This document shows, piece after piece, positions 11,065-23,553 of a stretch of 64,000 nucleotides of DNA. A program made the position numbers and the translations under genes. The stretch is from Curvularia clavata. Its lineage: Eukaryota. Numbering within the stretch: the first letter of the stretch is position 1; each line of letters begins with the position of its first letter. The stretch is taken from positions 3,472,001 through 3,536,000 of the forward strand of contig CP089275.1 in assembly GCA_023920165.1 (NCBI GenBank), given 5' to 3'. The notes below the pieces were generated by a model, which worked only from the letters and a program-made list of their open reading frames with translations, was not told where the DNA came from and ran no database searches.

Positions 11065-14000
11065 TCACAAACCAAATCCCGTATAGCTATCCCTGACCGC
11101 AACATTTCCATCAATCGGTCGACTGTACCGACTACTCTCCGTCTTATATGTCTTCTGCGTCATCCTAATCCGCTCGGATTCCGGCATAGGCGGAGGGAAC
11201 AAGTCCTTTGTCGAAACATTTGTCGTCTTTGGTCCCGTAGGCATTATAGGTGGCCGCGGCGAGAGCTGTGGATCAAAAACACCAGATGACGGACGGCGGT
11301 CGCCATAGGTGCGGTAAGAAGAGTAGCCACCGGTTTTAGGGTTGTAGATGCCACGCTCTTGGTAGTTGATGCGTTCTTCAACTGAGAGGAAGGGGTCAAC
11401 CCTTTCATCAGGGTTCATTCCGCGTACGTCTTGCTCATTGATGCTGCCTTCCTTTCGGAAGTTGTATGGTGTGCTGATGCCATGATCTTCGGAGCCCTTG
11501 AGATCGTCTGTCTTGCGCGAGAAACCCGAGCCTCGTGTAGCGGCCATGTACGCTGGTGGAGTATGCTTGTTGTCAAATCCAAAGGTAGCTATCGTGTCGG
11601 TTCTCATCCGCTTGAAAATGTTCGTTTTGCTTGAAGATGCCATGTCTCCAGCTTCCTTCTTAGCAATATGCTGTTCCAGCCATGCTCTGATGCCTACCAA
11701 TGCCATTGCGGCTATTTGGATCATGACCAGCGCGGTCATGACTTGACCGGATATGTCTGAAGTGAAGAACGCGTCTACTACGCACAAGAAGGTGGCACGA
11801 AGTTTGCTAGGCCCTTGTATGAATGCGCTTTGACTCAAGGTCAAGACGAGTTGTACGAAGAGAGCGCTGATGAAGTAAATACGCTGCGGTGATTTGGCGA
11901 GTTCTATAGGGCCTTTCAATCCTACGAACGCCCTAGGAGAGGGATACGGCATCTTACTTCCCAGACGACGGACGCTGGACCCAACCATGGGGATGAGGAA
12001 AATATGGCAAATTAAACCGAGGATCTGATCATATCAATGAGTCAAATTATCCTCAAGTATTTTGGAGTGAGTAAAACCTACACTGTGGGCGTCATGGAAA
12101 TGCCTACCAATGCCCGTATTGACATATCCCATGATGATACCGATATTGCCAAAGATAGCAACAGAAATGAGAAAGCGCTTACGCCATTTCCTGTTCTTCG
12201 CCTCATCAATTGGGTAACCTGCAATTACGGAAAGACGCCAGGCTACGCCAAGTATAACATATATCGGTAGGAAGACGAGGAATGCGAGAGTCGTAAATGC
12301 CACTAGAGCTTAGTGTCAGCGAGTTGTTTGTGAGGGAAGTGTATTCTCTTGTATGCTTACCATGGAGTCCAGTGAGAGTGGCAAACAAAGTCAGACCTTT
12401 CCCGTTGATCTTAACGCTCCTGTTCTCTAGGACAACTTCGTAGATGTTGCCTTCGGAGGTGACTTGGATTGGGCCTTTGGGAAGGACCTGCAGGACCGTT
12501 GAATCTAGTGGGACTCTCGAATCGCCCATAGCCGCTTGTAATATCTTCAAATCCGATGGTGAGGTGGAGGCAAAGCCCAATGCCGCGGACACAATGCCGC
12601 CAACGCCCTTGCAAGTCAGAGTATCAATAACCTTCTGGGCGCTTATCTGTATAGTCTCAGGGTCGATCGCCAATGCAATTTGATTTCCGTTGGTTGGCTG
12701 TTCTTGGCGTAGAGAGAAGGACTTCAGTTCCTCTTTAAGGTGTCAGTGAATGATACGATATCACCGAGCATACAGACCCACCTACGCTTGCCCCTTCGTT
12801 CTCATCTTGAACAGAACGCCTCTTCATCGAAACAGCTCCTTTCGGAATTTGTGTGCCGTTTGTGAGATTTCTCGCAATGTCCGCAACGAGTATCGTTGCC
12901 TTGCTGGAAAGACCTCGAGCGAGGCCAACAGCGCCACCGCTGATGGAGTCGTTGAACTGTGTCGGAGGCAAAGTCGGCACTTTATCTATCGCATCGCCAG
13001 AGAAATTGCCGTCAATAAGATATTTCAGCCCGCCAACGGAAGACATAGCTATCATCATGCCCTCGATTGCGCCTCTGCCTAAGCCTTCTGCCGCTTTTGC
13101 GATGTCAAAGCTTTGAATCATCTGCGGTGGGTTGTCGGTCACGAGTTGGCTAACCTTCTTCATGACAGAACTATTCAGCAGAAGGTTCGAGACAAGGTTC
13201 TGGGTAAAGGTTTCCGCCATGGCCGCTGTTTGTAGCTCGTCATTGGTAATGTCTCCGCTAATCATCGGTGTGCTGTTCCTATCTTTGAGATCGAGACCAA
13301 TAGCGAAACCCATTCCAATACCGGCGCCAGCTCCTGATGCTATGTTTCCAATCATGGCTGGCATATCCAGCGAACCAGATACAGCTGTCTTCAATGCGGG
13401 ACCAAGGTCTGAGAAGTTGCTGCCTGCGATGAACGACTGACTCAATCCCTTGGTAAACAATCTTACGGCCCTAGCCCATTTTTGGGTGTCCTTCGACGGG
13501 CCTGCTGATTGCCGTTTCTGTGGTGTGGATTTCTTCTTTTCTTTCAATCCAAAACCATTCCTCGCGCCCTTGCCTAAACCATTTCCAGCGGCGGCTGCAA
13601 GTAAAGGAAGATTTTTAATCATGTTTGCGCCACTGGAGCTATTACCCCAGCTCCGTATTGTGGCTTGGAGATTCATGCTGGAAACTATGGGCATCGCAAC
13701 TCCCAGTCCGAGATTGCCTGCGATACCCACAAAGCTCGTGTCCTGCGATGGCTCGGCATTGTTTTGTCTCAGGCCCAGGCCTACTGCTGTCGCGTTGCCA
13801 ACTCCAGATGCTAGAGCAAAAGCTGCTTGGCCGAGAGGGAAATTCGTATTGTCACCGAAAGAGGGTATAAGCTCGCTCGAGAGTCCAGTGCCAATTTGCC
13901 GGGCGGCGAGGTTCAGGCCAGTAGCGGAAGTATTGTATGTAATGGCAACACGGTTGGCTATCGCATTGACTTCCTTTATGTCAGTCAAATTGAGACTAGT

Positions 14001-14566
14001 AGCTGCACCCATACTTTTGTATGTTAGTTTGTTCTGACCATGTAAGGACATACATACCCAAGACCAATACCCAAGAACAGAGCAGGTGTACCAACTGTAT
14101 CCGTGAAGATGTCTGCCAGACAGCCACGGATATTCGTCAGCCCACATGACGAGTTCTGTGCTACGATGCGTTCACCCAACAAGCCTTGCACGGTTGTGCC
14201 GATGTCGTCCACAATACCACTTCTCTTCTTTTTATGTTGCTGGTCACTGCGAAGACGGTCAACTCCATCCGTCAGATTTGTCCCGAAACTTGTCAATTCT
14301 TCCCATCCAAATCTCTTTCCCATTTCCGCTGAGGAGTGTGCGACCACTGCGGTCAGCGACAGCAGTGCATCCTGAAAACGCATATCTTTGTTCAGCGCAT
14401 CAATGGTGCTTGTTGAGAAGATGGCTGTGAGACCTTTCGGGTATTCATCAGTGGTGATCAGACTCTGCCCGCTGAGCCAGAACCGAACCGACGAGTATGA
14501 TAGAAGGAAAATGGTAAAGGATACCAATAGGCAACCACCTGCCCTTGCAGGCAAAGCAGAAAACAT
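11065..14566 (-). CDS. Hypothetical ~1097-aa membrane protein: N-terminal anchor, Gly/Ala-rich ectodomain, cytochrome-b561-like TM block, cytoplasmic tail
   Basis: Five ORF pieces join in frame through introns 14014-14057, 12733-12781, 12303-12360 and 12025-12081 (3294 coding nt, divisible by 3). TM motifs GLHVAFTTLAFLVFLP and HFHDAHSILGL. Confidence 0.72.
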
Positions 14567-16356
14567 TATTAAAATAGCTTATGGGGGTATCATGACAGCA
14601 TCTACAAGAAAGTAAGAAAGATTGACAATGGCGAAGCAGGTGAGTTTCCACATGAGTTATAGCATCCAGGCGAGTATACGACGGTCGAACGCGGACAGCC
14701 ACACCCCGGCATATGCCGAGCTCAATAATCCTGGTAATGCTGTGAATGATTTCGGAGCCGAAACAATATAGGCTTGAAACCAGAAACGTGCCCAGCTCGT
14801 ATCCATCACGTGGGGTCTCGAAGACCAGATTGGAACGTCTGGTTCATGAGTGCGCCCGAAGTGGATTTACCTCGAGTAAAGTTTCTGGTAAAGAATTGTG
14901 GCAGGCGGCAAACTTAGCCCCCAGTAAACTCATGTAAACTTCGGGTTGGAAGGAGAGTGGAATTCAGGACCGGTTCGCCAAGAGATCCGGGGTGGAGCGT
15001 TTGTTGCACTTGTGCATTGCAGAGAAGTGTTTCTGCCAAAGGCCTGACACTCGGACTCGGAACTTCTCAGTAGTTTCCAAGGTAGCCCCAGTGGATGGGA
15101 AGATCCCGCGACGGACCTGCCCGCTGATGCGACAAATTTGAAACATGAGCTACAAAAGCCAATCGCGATGACAAGGCTAGACATCGTGACACATGTCTCC
15201 TATGCGGCTGAATGGAGTGCTGTTGTTACTCCAGCAAAGCGTACCCTTGAGAAAAGAAGCCAAAGGGAGTGCGAGGGGAGGTTGTAGAAGTACCTGGGAA
15301 TACTTACAATGCGTCTAGGGTACGCACTAATAGACCGTTCAACTTGAGGCCATCATGACTCGCGCTCTGACTCGTCCGTCCGTCATCCTCCATCAGAGCA
15401 TCCAGTTCCAAATAGACACAAGGTCTTGCTTCGTTTGAGCTGATCTCTTGAGCGAAGGACGTTTCAGGGCGTTGACATCGTAGACAGAGGCGAACTCCAC
15501 GGCGACTTCGATTATGCATACAGTGACCATGAGACAGTCGAACTTGGATCATGTCATTGGGACGTCAAAAACGTCACAGGACAGAGAGAGTTTAAAAGAT
15601 GTACGACCCCAAAAAAAAGCCCTTCACTGGCAGCTCACCAAGTCACGGAATAGACGACTGGGAATTGAGGAAACTAGAAATGACATGTGGTTGTTTCATT
15701 ACAGTGTCATAATGGTTGTTCTAAACAAGATATGATAAGATAAGCATCAGTATTTCATTGGCAGTATACCACAACCAACCATGCATTTTTCAAAGATGGT
15801 CCAATTATCCTTCAGAAAACAGTAACCATCAAGATTGCGTCATTCCTCGTAAGCATACACGGCCATTCTTTTCAGATCCCATTCGCTCGTAGGCCAAAAG
15901 TAGAGAGGTCCGATGTTAGACAATACCCAGACGACTCTGGGGCTGGAATTGCGTATGGTCGCAAGAAATCAAATAAAGACACACCCGGTGGTGGCAAAGA
16001 ATGGAATGTGATAATAGCACTAATGAGATGGGTTGCGTGCTTGCTGTAATTCGTTTTCCAGCATTACAAGCTATCAACTCACATCCACACGGAGAGCGAG
16101 CAGGGCGACCATTCAGGTGGCAGAACATGTGCTGGAGTAGGCGACTTTTGTTCGCGACCGGTAGGTCAGAGACATTATTGTAGCTGGCAGTGTTCAATAC
16201 GTAGATTAGGCCAGAGGTATTGTGTTGCAGTCGCTCAGGCCAAGGCAATTTTCACCCCTAAGCTATGCTTCATTGTAAAGTTGTGTTGATGAGTGCATGA
16301 AAGGACGCTTTCTCAAACCCACAGACGAATGATTTCCAAAAGTGTTGGCGTACAAC

Positions 16357-17184
16357 TTATTCTCCTGGATGTTTGGTTGCAATTGCAAGGCCCGTCGATG
16401 TATTGCTGGAGGTGCTACTACCACTCGCGCTCTTGCGTCTTTTGTGTTGCTTGGTGATTTCTGAGCTGCCGCTGAGACGTCTGTTGGTAGGTATAGGCTG
16501 TTGGGGGAAGTAGCCGTATTCGTCGTCGGGTGCGAACCGTACTGGCGTCCTCGATCTACTCTGCACAGGGCTCATCCGTAGGATTTCGGATCCTACACTC
16601 AATCGCTGGCCTGGACTGGTGGCGCCCGTGAAGCTCAATTTGCGTCTCCTTATCGGTATCTCTGCGGGTAGTTCAAGTCTAGAGTTGATGCCCATCCAGA
16701 GTGCTTCCTCATCGTCATCACCCGCCATCCTCCAGCCGCCGACGCCTTCGAAATCGCGTGTCAACTCACCCGTGCCGATAAGTGCAGTGAGCGAGTTGTT
16801 TTTACGTTGTAGAAAGTTAGGCTTTTGAGTGGAATAGGCAAGGGCATCGTGAGAAGATGTGGCACCCACGATGCTGGTACGTCGGGAGCGCTGGCGCAAC
16901 CCAGTTGGAGAATGTCGGGCTGACGCGGGTATGACATGAGAGCGACGGGGGAGACTATTTTTCCGTGGAGGCGATGGAGAGATCCATGCGCCTACAATGG
17001 CAATGGCGAGGTGAATGTAGACAACCAAGGCACGAAAAGATAAGAGCGCGATGGCGATCGAGGTGGTGACAAGAGCGAAGAAGGCGAGCGGGACGGAGAT
17101 GGACAGTAACACAAAGGGAGCGACAGCATAGACGGGGCTCAACATATTGAGCTCGAAGCTCAACGAGCCCAGGCGCAGCAGCAT
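16357..17184 (-). CDS. Hypothetical fungal membrane protein
   Basis: Long hydrophobic N-terminal stretch, a distinctive RDFEGVGGWR...DEEALWMGINSRLELP block and a Ser/Arg-rich tail. The start codon is uncertain. Confidence 0.75.
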   Translation of the reverse strand: MLLRLGSLSFELNMLSPVYAVAPFVLLSISVPLAFFALVTTSIAIALLSFRALVVYIHLAIAIVGAWISPSPPRKNSLPRRSHVIPASARHSPTGLRQRSRRTSIVGATSSHDALAYSTQKPNFLQRKNNSLTALIGTGELTRDFEGVGGWRMAGDDDEEALWMGINSRLELPAEIPIRRRKLSFTGATSPGQRLSVGSEILRMSPVQSRSRTPVRFAPDDEYGYFPQQPIPTNRRLSGSSEITKQHKRRKSASGSSTSSNTSTGLAIATKHPGE

Positions 17185-17423
17185 TTTGTTGTGACGGCGT
17201 GTCGTGGCGGAGAGTGGAGATGGGAGATAGGGCTGTCCGTTCGCATGTGAAAGCTGCGGGGAAACGCCAAGCGGGTCCGGGACGCGCGCAGCGTCTCCAC
17301 CATAAACGCGAAAAAACAACAGCAGGCTTGTAAGCAATGGCTAGAGAGGTTAGAATAGGTCGGGTAGCGTCATGTCTTCTTTCTGGATCAGCCTGTGCCT
17401 TGCTGCCGTGCTTCGGGCGCGTG

Positions 17424-17660
17424 CTAGTTGCCGGTAAAGCGCCTCGCCGTGCTGCGCGCGGGTGTAATGCCGATGCCAATGAGGACGGCGCTGAGTGAAG
17501 TGCCCTTGAAGATGCTCTCGTACTGCTCAATCTTGAGGCGGGTGCTGTATGGCTGCCGCTTGATGCGCAGGAAAGTTGCTCCCGTGACGGCCAGCCAGGT
17601 GCCGAAGAGGATTTCGTAACGGTACTTTTCGACCACGGTTTCGGAGGCGCTACTGGACAT
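17424..17660 (-). CDS. 78-aa two-TM microprotein, HIG1-domain-like
   Basis: MSSSASETVVEKYRYEILFGTWLAVTGATFLRIKRQPYSTRLKIEQYESIFKGTSLSAVLIGIG... has the RY..TM..R.PY...K..Q...G.L layout of HIG1 (Rcf2/Rcf3-type) hairpins and strong GC3 codon bias. Confidence 0.6.
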   Translation of the reverse strand: MSSSASETVVEKYRYEILFGTWLAVTGATFLRIKRQPYSTRLKIEQYESIFKGTSLSAVLIGIGITPARSTARRFTGN

Positions 17661-19094
17661 GCTGCTGGAACGGCAACAAAAGGAAGGAAAGGGAGTTGGG
17701 GGAGCAGAAGTGTCGCGGCTCAAGTGCGGAGACGTCGGCGCTGATATGGAAAAACTTCATGACGTCGTCAGCCCACCATCACCATCTCGCCACCGCCCGT
17801 CACCCCAGACGCGGCTTGTCGCTCAACTCTTGCCGCCTGACTGAATTTTGAGCCGCGCGATACAATCCAATCGCTCTCGCAAATGCAGGGCTGCTACCGT
17901 TTCCCTGGAGATTGACCTGCATATCGCGTTCTGGACTCCGGCCCCAGCTCCGATTAGGCTTTGTCAATAATTTCTAAAACGCAGCCAAGCAATTCCTTCT
18001 CTCGTGAGCCAACAGCAGATGTGCATTCCAGAGTATTGGTCGTTTACATCTATACTACGGGGCTTTGCCAGGTTCTCTCGAGTATGTACAAAGCCAGGGA
18101 AAGGTTCACCGCCATCTCAGCCCTGGCCGCCTTCTGTGAACTACGATTTTAGCTGTTTCGAGATCGTCGCCCCAAGGTATAGAAAATGAAGCTGGCTGAA
18201 TGCTCTGGGAAGTACTGGTCCAATCGCCTCATTTGGAGCGGTGTAAGTCGGCTCACCGCCCCAGTACTACGGACATCCCTACCAAATCAAATACCCGGCC
18301 GTCATGGGATTAGAAAAAGAAAACGAAACATTATATTGGGATTCACAAGGCTTGGGGTATCGTAACCTATGTGCAACAAAAGTGCCATTGCTTTGCACGA
18401 AAGGAATAGGTGCCGAGTGCATGAGAGGCTCTATCAGCAGCAAATCCCAGAGCAACAACAGGCGAGGACATTCCCTTTGAATAGAACGCGTGCAGACGAA
18501 GGACTGTAGACATCCCAACTTTTGGTCTAACTTTCTCCGATACTTTCTACATGCCTTTTTCGGTAAAGATTTCGCCATTTCACGGCATTTCTACTTGCGC
18601 ATGCAGATAGCCAGATATTGCATAGCTGCCCATCTCCTTTAAAAAGCCATGCGATAAAATGATCAAAATTCACGGAAGCAGTAGGCTGATTGTTAAGATT
18701 ACATCACTACCTATACCATTGTTTTGTGTCTCTACGATATGTAGAGAAATGCAACACAGACATTGAGGAGGTATGCCCAGATGCATCTTGGAGCTCCCCA
18801 GTTCACAATGCTCGTATGCACCACATTATCTCGAACCATGTCTCAGATCAGAGCCTGGTGTTGTCCAACTTGATCATGCATTGTTCACCCACAGCTTCTG
18901 TCCGCTCGTTTGTACAATGAAGAAGAACATTCCATAAATGCGAATTCCAGCGCCTTCATCGGTACTCACAATCACACCTTTCCCTTTACAACCACGCAGA
19001 CAAAGCAAAGAAAAGCATTGCTACTTCAGCACCAGCAGATTGCCACATATTCCGTTTGCTTTCAAAGCCTATCACGTCATTTCGTTCTCCAACC

Positions 19095-19790
19095 ATGTGG
19101 TCAGCCTTTACCCTGCTTCTCGTAGTATCCTCCGCTGTAGCCTCAGCAGCGCGGCCAGGCAATGCAGAGCCCACAAAGGTAACCAAGCTCCACACCAACA
19201 CTGACATTCCCCATGCCTCTTGCCACACTGCCGACGCGGACATCCACGCTCGCCAGCTGACAGACACGTTCCCTTCTCCTACCTGGTCCGAGCCTTCCTG
19301 GGTGCTTTTCGGTGCACCCACTGCGACTCCTAATGCAGTAGTACCCGCTATTCCACCTCCTCGTTTCTACCGACCCCACAAAGGGGATAACCTAGATAAG
19401 ATAGTGCCCATAGCAGTGATTTGCAGCATCGGCGGGAGCCTGATCTTGTTCGGCATAATTCGCTGCATTGTTAATGCGTGCGTCCAGCGATCCCGTCAAG
19501 ACAAAGGTAAGGTCAAAAACAAAGGCAAAGGCAAAGCTCCTTCCCTGCGTACCCGCAGTGCAGATGTTGAGATGACTGCGGGACTCACAGCTCACGCCGC
19601 TGCCCGGGCCGAGGCCCCGGCTGAGGGTTACTGTGCGCCTAGGCGATTTGAGGTGGTGGAGGAGATTCCTCTCATGCCTCAGCACCCAGAACCTGTGTTT
19701 GACTATAGAGCGTATCCTATGCTTCCTAAACTTTTGGGATATGAGCCGTGGGACTGGGAGAAGAAGGAGAAGAAGAAGGAGAAGCGGTAG
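19095..19790 (+). CDS. Hypothetical type-I membrane protein
   Basis: Signal peptide MWSAFTLLLVVSSAVASA, Pro/Thr-rich ectodomain, TM IVPIAVICSIGGSLILFGII and a basic juxtamembrane segment. Single exon. Confidence 0.7.
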   Translation: MWSAFTLLLVVSSAVASAARPGNAEPTKVTKLHTNTDIPHASCHTADADIHARQLTDTFPSPTWSEPSWVLFGAPTATPNAVVPAIPPPRFYRPHKGDNLDKIVPIAVICSIGGSLILFGIIRCIVNACVQRSRQDKGKVKNKGKGKAPSLRTRSADVEMTAGLTAHAAARAEAPAEGYCAPRRFEVVEEIPLMPQHPEPVFDYRAYPMLPKLLGYEPWDWEKKEKKKEKR

Positions 19791-20205
19791 AGATTTTCTG
19801 GCGTCGTTGGGATGAGCTACCGAGGTGAGTATGAGTAGCACTGAGGTTGACAGATGGATACGTTGTGTTTTTGGAGTTGTGTGCTTTGTCTACAAGAAAT
19901 TGATATTAGATTGGCATAGAGAAAAATATAGGCAAAAACAAATTGACTATAGTGCAGTTGAGACTGCGTGAGACCCTAGCAGAAAACATGTGCATAATTC
20001 ATTGACCACCGAGAAGTAAACGTGTGAAACTGGCAATCTTCATTATATTCTCTCAGTTGTGCCTTGGGGTATAAGCCTGCTACGCCGGATATAGAAATCA
20101 TGACCGTTATACTCCAAATGTGTTACACACTGCCATCTCCTAATATTAAAGACCCAATAAGATCCATCAAACCCTGAGAAGGCTATGCAATACCTGCAAC
20201 GTGCT

Positions 20206-21191
20206 CTACAGTTCAGACTTCGAGTCATCATCCTTCAGATCATCCTTGTCCACCACCACAAAGTCGTCGTCACTGTCGTCAATCTTCTGTTTCTTTGATG
20301 ACGGTTGCACGGCGTCCGTTGGGTCTGTGGGCTCGGTGGTTGGAGCGTCTGGAAGCTGTGACGCAAGTTCAGCAGGCTCAGTCGCATGCTCTTTTGGAGG
20401 TTCCGCTTCGGACACTGGCGGGAAGAAGTTGCTAGAAATGGGGTCAGCTTGCATCTGGAGGATTGTGATGGTCATACGCACGCGACTTGTGCGAAGTAAG
20501 CATCTTCGTCTTTTTGCAGAAAGTTGCAAAAGATGACGCGGTCGAGTTTATCAGCGTTGTTTCCTTTGAGGAGAAAGTCGCGAACCGTCTTCAAGGCAAC
20601 AGTGCAGGCCTCGCCGCTAGGATAACCGTAGACGCCAGTGCTGATAGCGGAGAATGCAATACTTCTGCAGCCGTTCTGGACAGCGAGTTCCAGGCTCCGT
20701 CGGTAACAGCCTGATAGCAGTTCTGCGGCCCAAGATCCCACCTTCCAATATATAGGACCAACGGCGTGGATGACCTTCTTACTTGGAAGCTCGTAGGCAT
20801 CTGTCATCTTTGCGCTGCCCGTCTCACATCCATGAAGCGTTTCGCATTCTTCTAATAGCTTTGGTCCAGCACCACGGTGTATTGCGCCGTCAACGCCCCC
20901 GCCACCCAATAGAGATGAATTTGCCGCATTCACGATGGCGTCAACAGCGAGAGTCGTAATATCCTGGCGAATTATGCTGATCTTATCGTTAAGCGTGGCA
21001 GAGGGTTCGACGTTGTATTGTTGATCTTCCGGCACTATCTTCTTGAGCTTGTAAAGCAGCGAGAGGGTGGGGATCTCGTCAAGAGCCGTCACAGCCATCT
21101 TCGGAGCAGAGCGAGATGAAAATGGATTCGCGAGATAGTAGGCACTCGTCATGGGTCGTTGCAGAGTTCGAATCGCGAGTCTAAATATCAT
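20206..21191 (-). CDS. Macrodomain protein (MacroD/YmdB-like ADP-ribose hydrolase / O-acetyl-ADP-ribose deacetylase)
   Basis: [38 protein letters not shown] and [10 protein letters not shown]. Intron 20432-20481 leads to an acidic tail exon. Confidence 0.93.
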
Positions 21192-22298
21192 GAGAGAATG
21201 TAGGTAGCCGGAGGTTGGTGCCTACGTAGTAGACCTCCGAGTGGACCGGAGCTTGGGCCCCACCATTATCAACTACCCCGCCAAGACCTTCGGCACTCCG
21301 CATTATGCTACCCGTTTGCGGTCGCCTCCGATCTAAATCAAATTTCCAACTCTATATATATCGGACTAGAGAAAGACTGGGTCAGTCTCTCATAGAGAAA
21401 TTACCAAAACCACCTAAGTGGGCAGTTTCATTCGGCGCTCACAATGTGGTGAATCGCTATCTTCACCTTGTATTCATCGTCATTCAAGAACATATCCCTT
21501 GCTATAGTGAAGGAGTGCGTCGCGAGTTACGGAAATCTCTGATACACTAGCAACATTCCAAGTATTCCAGATATTCAAAAATTACACAAAGCCGGCCGAG
21601 GTGAAGCTCCACCCATATGGAGGCTAAATAGAGAACTGCATTCAGCAACTCTAGATCCTTTTCCCTAACGAATCATCCTCAGGCGTGGGACCAGAAAACT
21701 TGCTTGTTTACCCAAAGGAATAACAGACATAGTTCCGAGATTGTGTACCTAATAAGAACTATAAATTCCGACAAATGAGCAGTAAAACACTTAGCGTGAC
21801 TCCCACAGGTGAATAAACCTCATGTTTATTTTTTCGCTGTATACATCTTGTAGAAAATAACAATCGAATGTCGGAGAATCAACAGCGATATGATATCAAA
21901 ATACGAGAGAAATCCATGTCCTAGCTTTGAGGTAGTGTATGTGCGCTATTCCTTTCTTTCTAGGTCATTTTCTTTGACAATAATTACGGCAAATTTGTCA
22001 ACGGCAAGCATAGTCTGGCTGCTATATATGGAATGAATTCTCAAGTATCTTGTTCTTCAGCTCTTCTCTGCTGAAGACCATCAATGATGTAGTACGCCAA
22101 ATGCAGTATAGGCGATTGTGTACTAACATTTTGTTGGGGCCCCGGAAAAGGCAGCGGAAAAATGATCCCCCTCAGTTTACCAGTGACTCAGTACGATGCT
22201 CTATGACTGTAAGCACCATTGGGAATCAACATAATTAGCACTTTCAATCCTAATCCAACTCCTGTTCCCATAGACTTTATATCGCGTACCTCCCTAAC

Positions 22299-23469
22299 AT
22301 GGCCCAACCCACCCCCGACAACAAAATCTTCGTCGCCAGCGAAGATGCCGAAAGATTCGTAAAAGAAGTCCTTGTAGGCAACGGTGTACCCGAGAAGAGT
22401 GCGGAGATAGTTTCGCGCTGTCTGATTGCAGCTGATATGCGTGGCGTGGACACGCACGGCATGAACCGTATTCCGTCGTACCTAGAACGGGTCCGCCAAG
22501 GCGTCCTAGACGGCGCCGCAACCCCAGAGATTACGCAAGTTACACCAGTGGTTGCGCAGGTTGATGCACGGAACGGGTGGGGCTTTGTAGCCGCAGACAT
22601 GGGCATGGCGGCTGCCATTGAATCTGCCAAGGTCCGTCAAATGCTGCCGCCTTACGAAAAGGAAGATGAAAATCAAGATAAAAAGATGAGAGTAATTTAA
22701 GTTTGATACTGATCAATGAATTTAGGTCTACGGCATTGGCATGGCAAGCATCAAACATTCAAATCATTTCGGCATGAGCGCATGGATCGTGCAAAAAGCC
22801 CTAGACGCCGATATGATGAGCCTGGTCTTTACCAACTCGAGTCCCGCGCTGCCAGCATGGGGAGGAAAGTCCAAGCTGCTGGGCGTCTCGCCTATAGCGT
22901 GTGGCGCACCTGGAAAGGAAACGCCGTTTATTCTAGACATGGCGCCATCAATTGCAGCAAGAGGTAAGATTTACAAGGCCAAGAGAAGAGGAGAACCCAT
23001 TCCCTCGGATTGGGCTCTGGACAAGGACGGCCATCCTACGACAGATCCGGCGGCAGCTCTGGATGGAGGTGTTATGCTCCCCATGGGCGGCCCGAAAGGG
23101 TCGGGTCTGGCAGTGATGATGGACGTCTTCTCTGGAGTGCTGTCTGGTTCGGCCTTCGCGGGAGAGGTCACTGGTCCTTACGATCCGTCAAAGCCTTCTG
23201 ATGTTGGCCATTTTTTGGTAGCCATCAAACCGGACCTGTTTATGAGCCTGCAAGAGTTCAGAGAACGCATGCAATACCTCTACGACAAGGTGGTAGGTGC
23301 AGACAAGGCGGCCGGTGTAGATCGCATATACTTCCCTGGTGAGCTTGAGCAGCTACAGCAGAAAGAACGTGAAGCAACGGGCATTCCATTGGTACAGACA
23401 GAAATTGATGCTTTGAATGCCGAAGCTGCTAGAGTGGGCGTCCGTCCTTTGCAGATCAAGTCACAGTAG
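22299..23469 (+). CDS. Ldh_2 family (malate/L-lactate/L-sulfolactate dehydrogenase-like) NAD(P)-dependent oxidoreductase
   Basis: ADMRGVDTHG, SNHFG, ILDMAPS and PMGGPKGSGLA motifs. Intron 22632-22725. Confidence 0.92.
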
Positions 23470-23553
23470 GGCGTTTGGTAAGCAGGAGGAACTCATAATT
23501 CATTTCTACAGGTTCTTTTGACCAGCCATATCCTCATAGCCACGAAAACTGAA

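Noticed and set aside
14700..16300. Short ORFs and splice-like signals in the spacer
   Set aside because: Could not assemble a coherent gene or recognise any domain.
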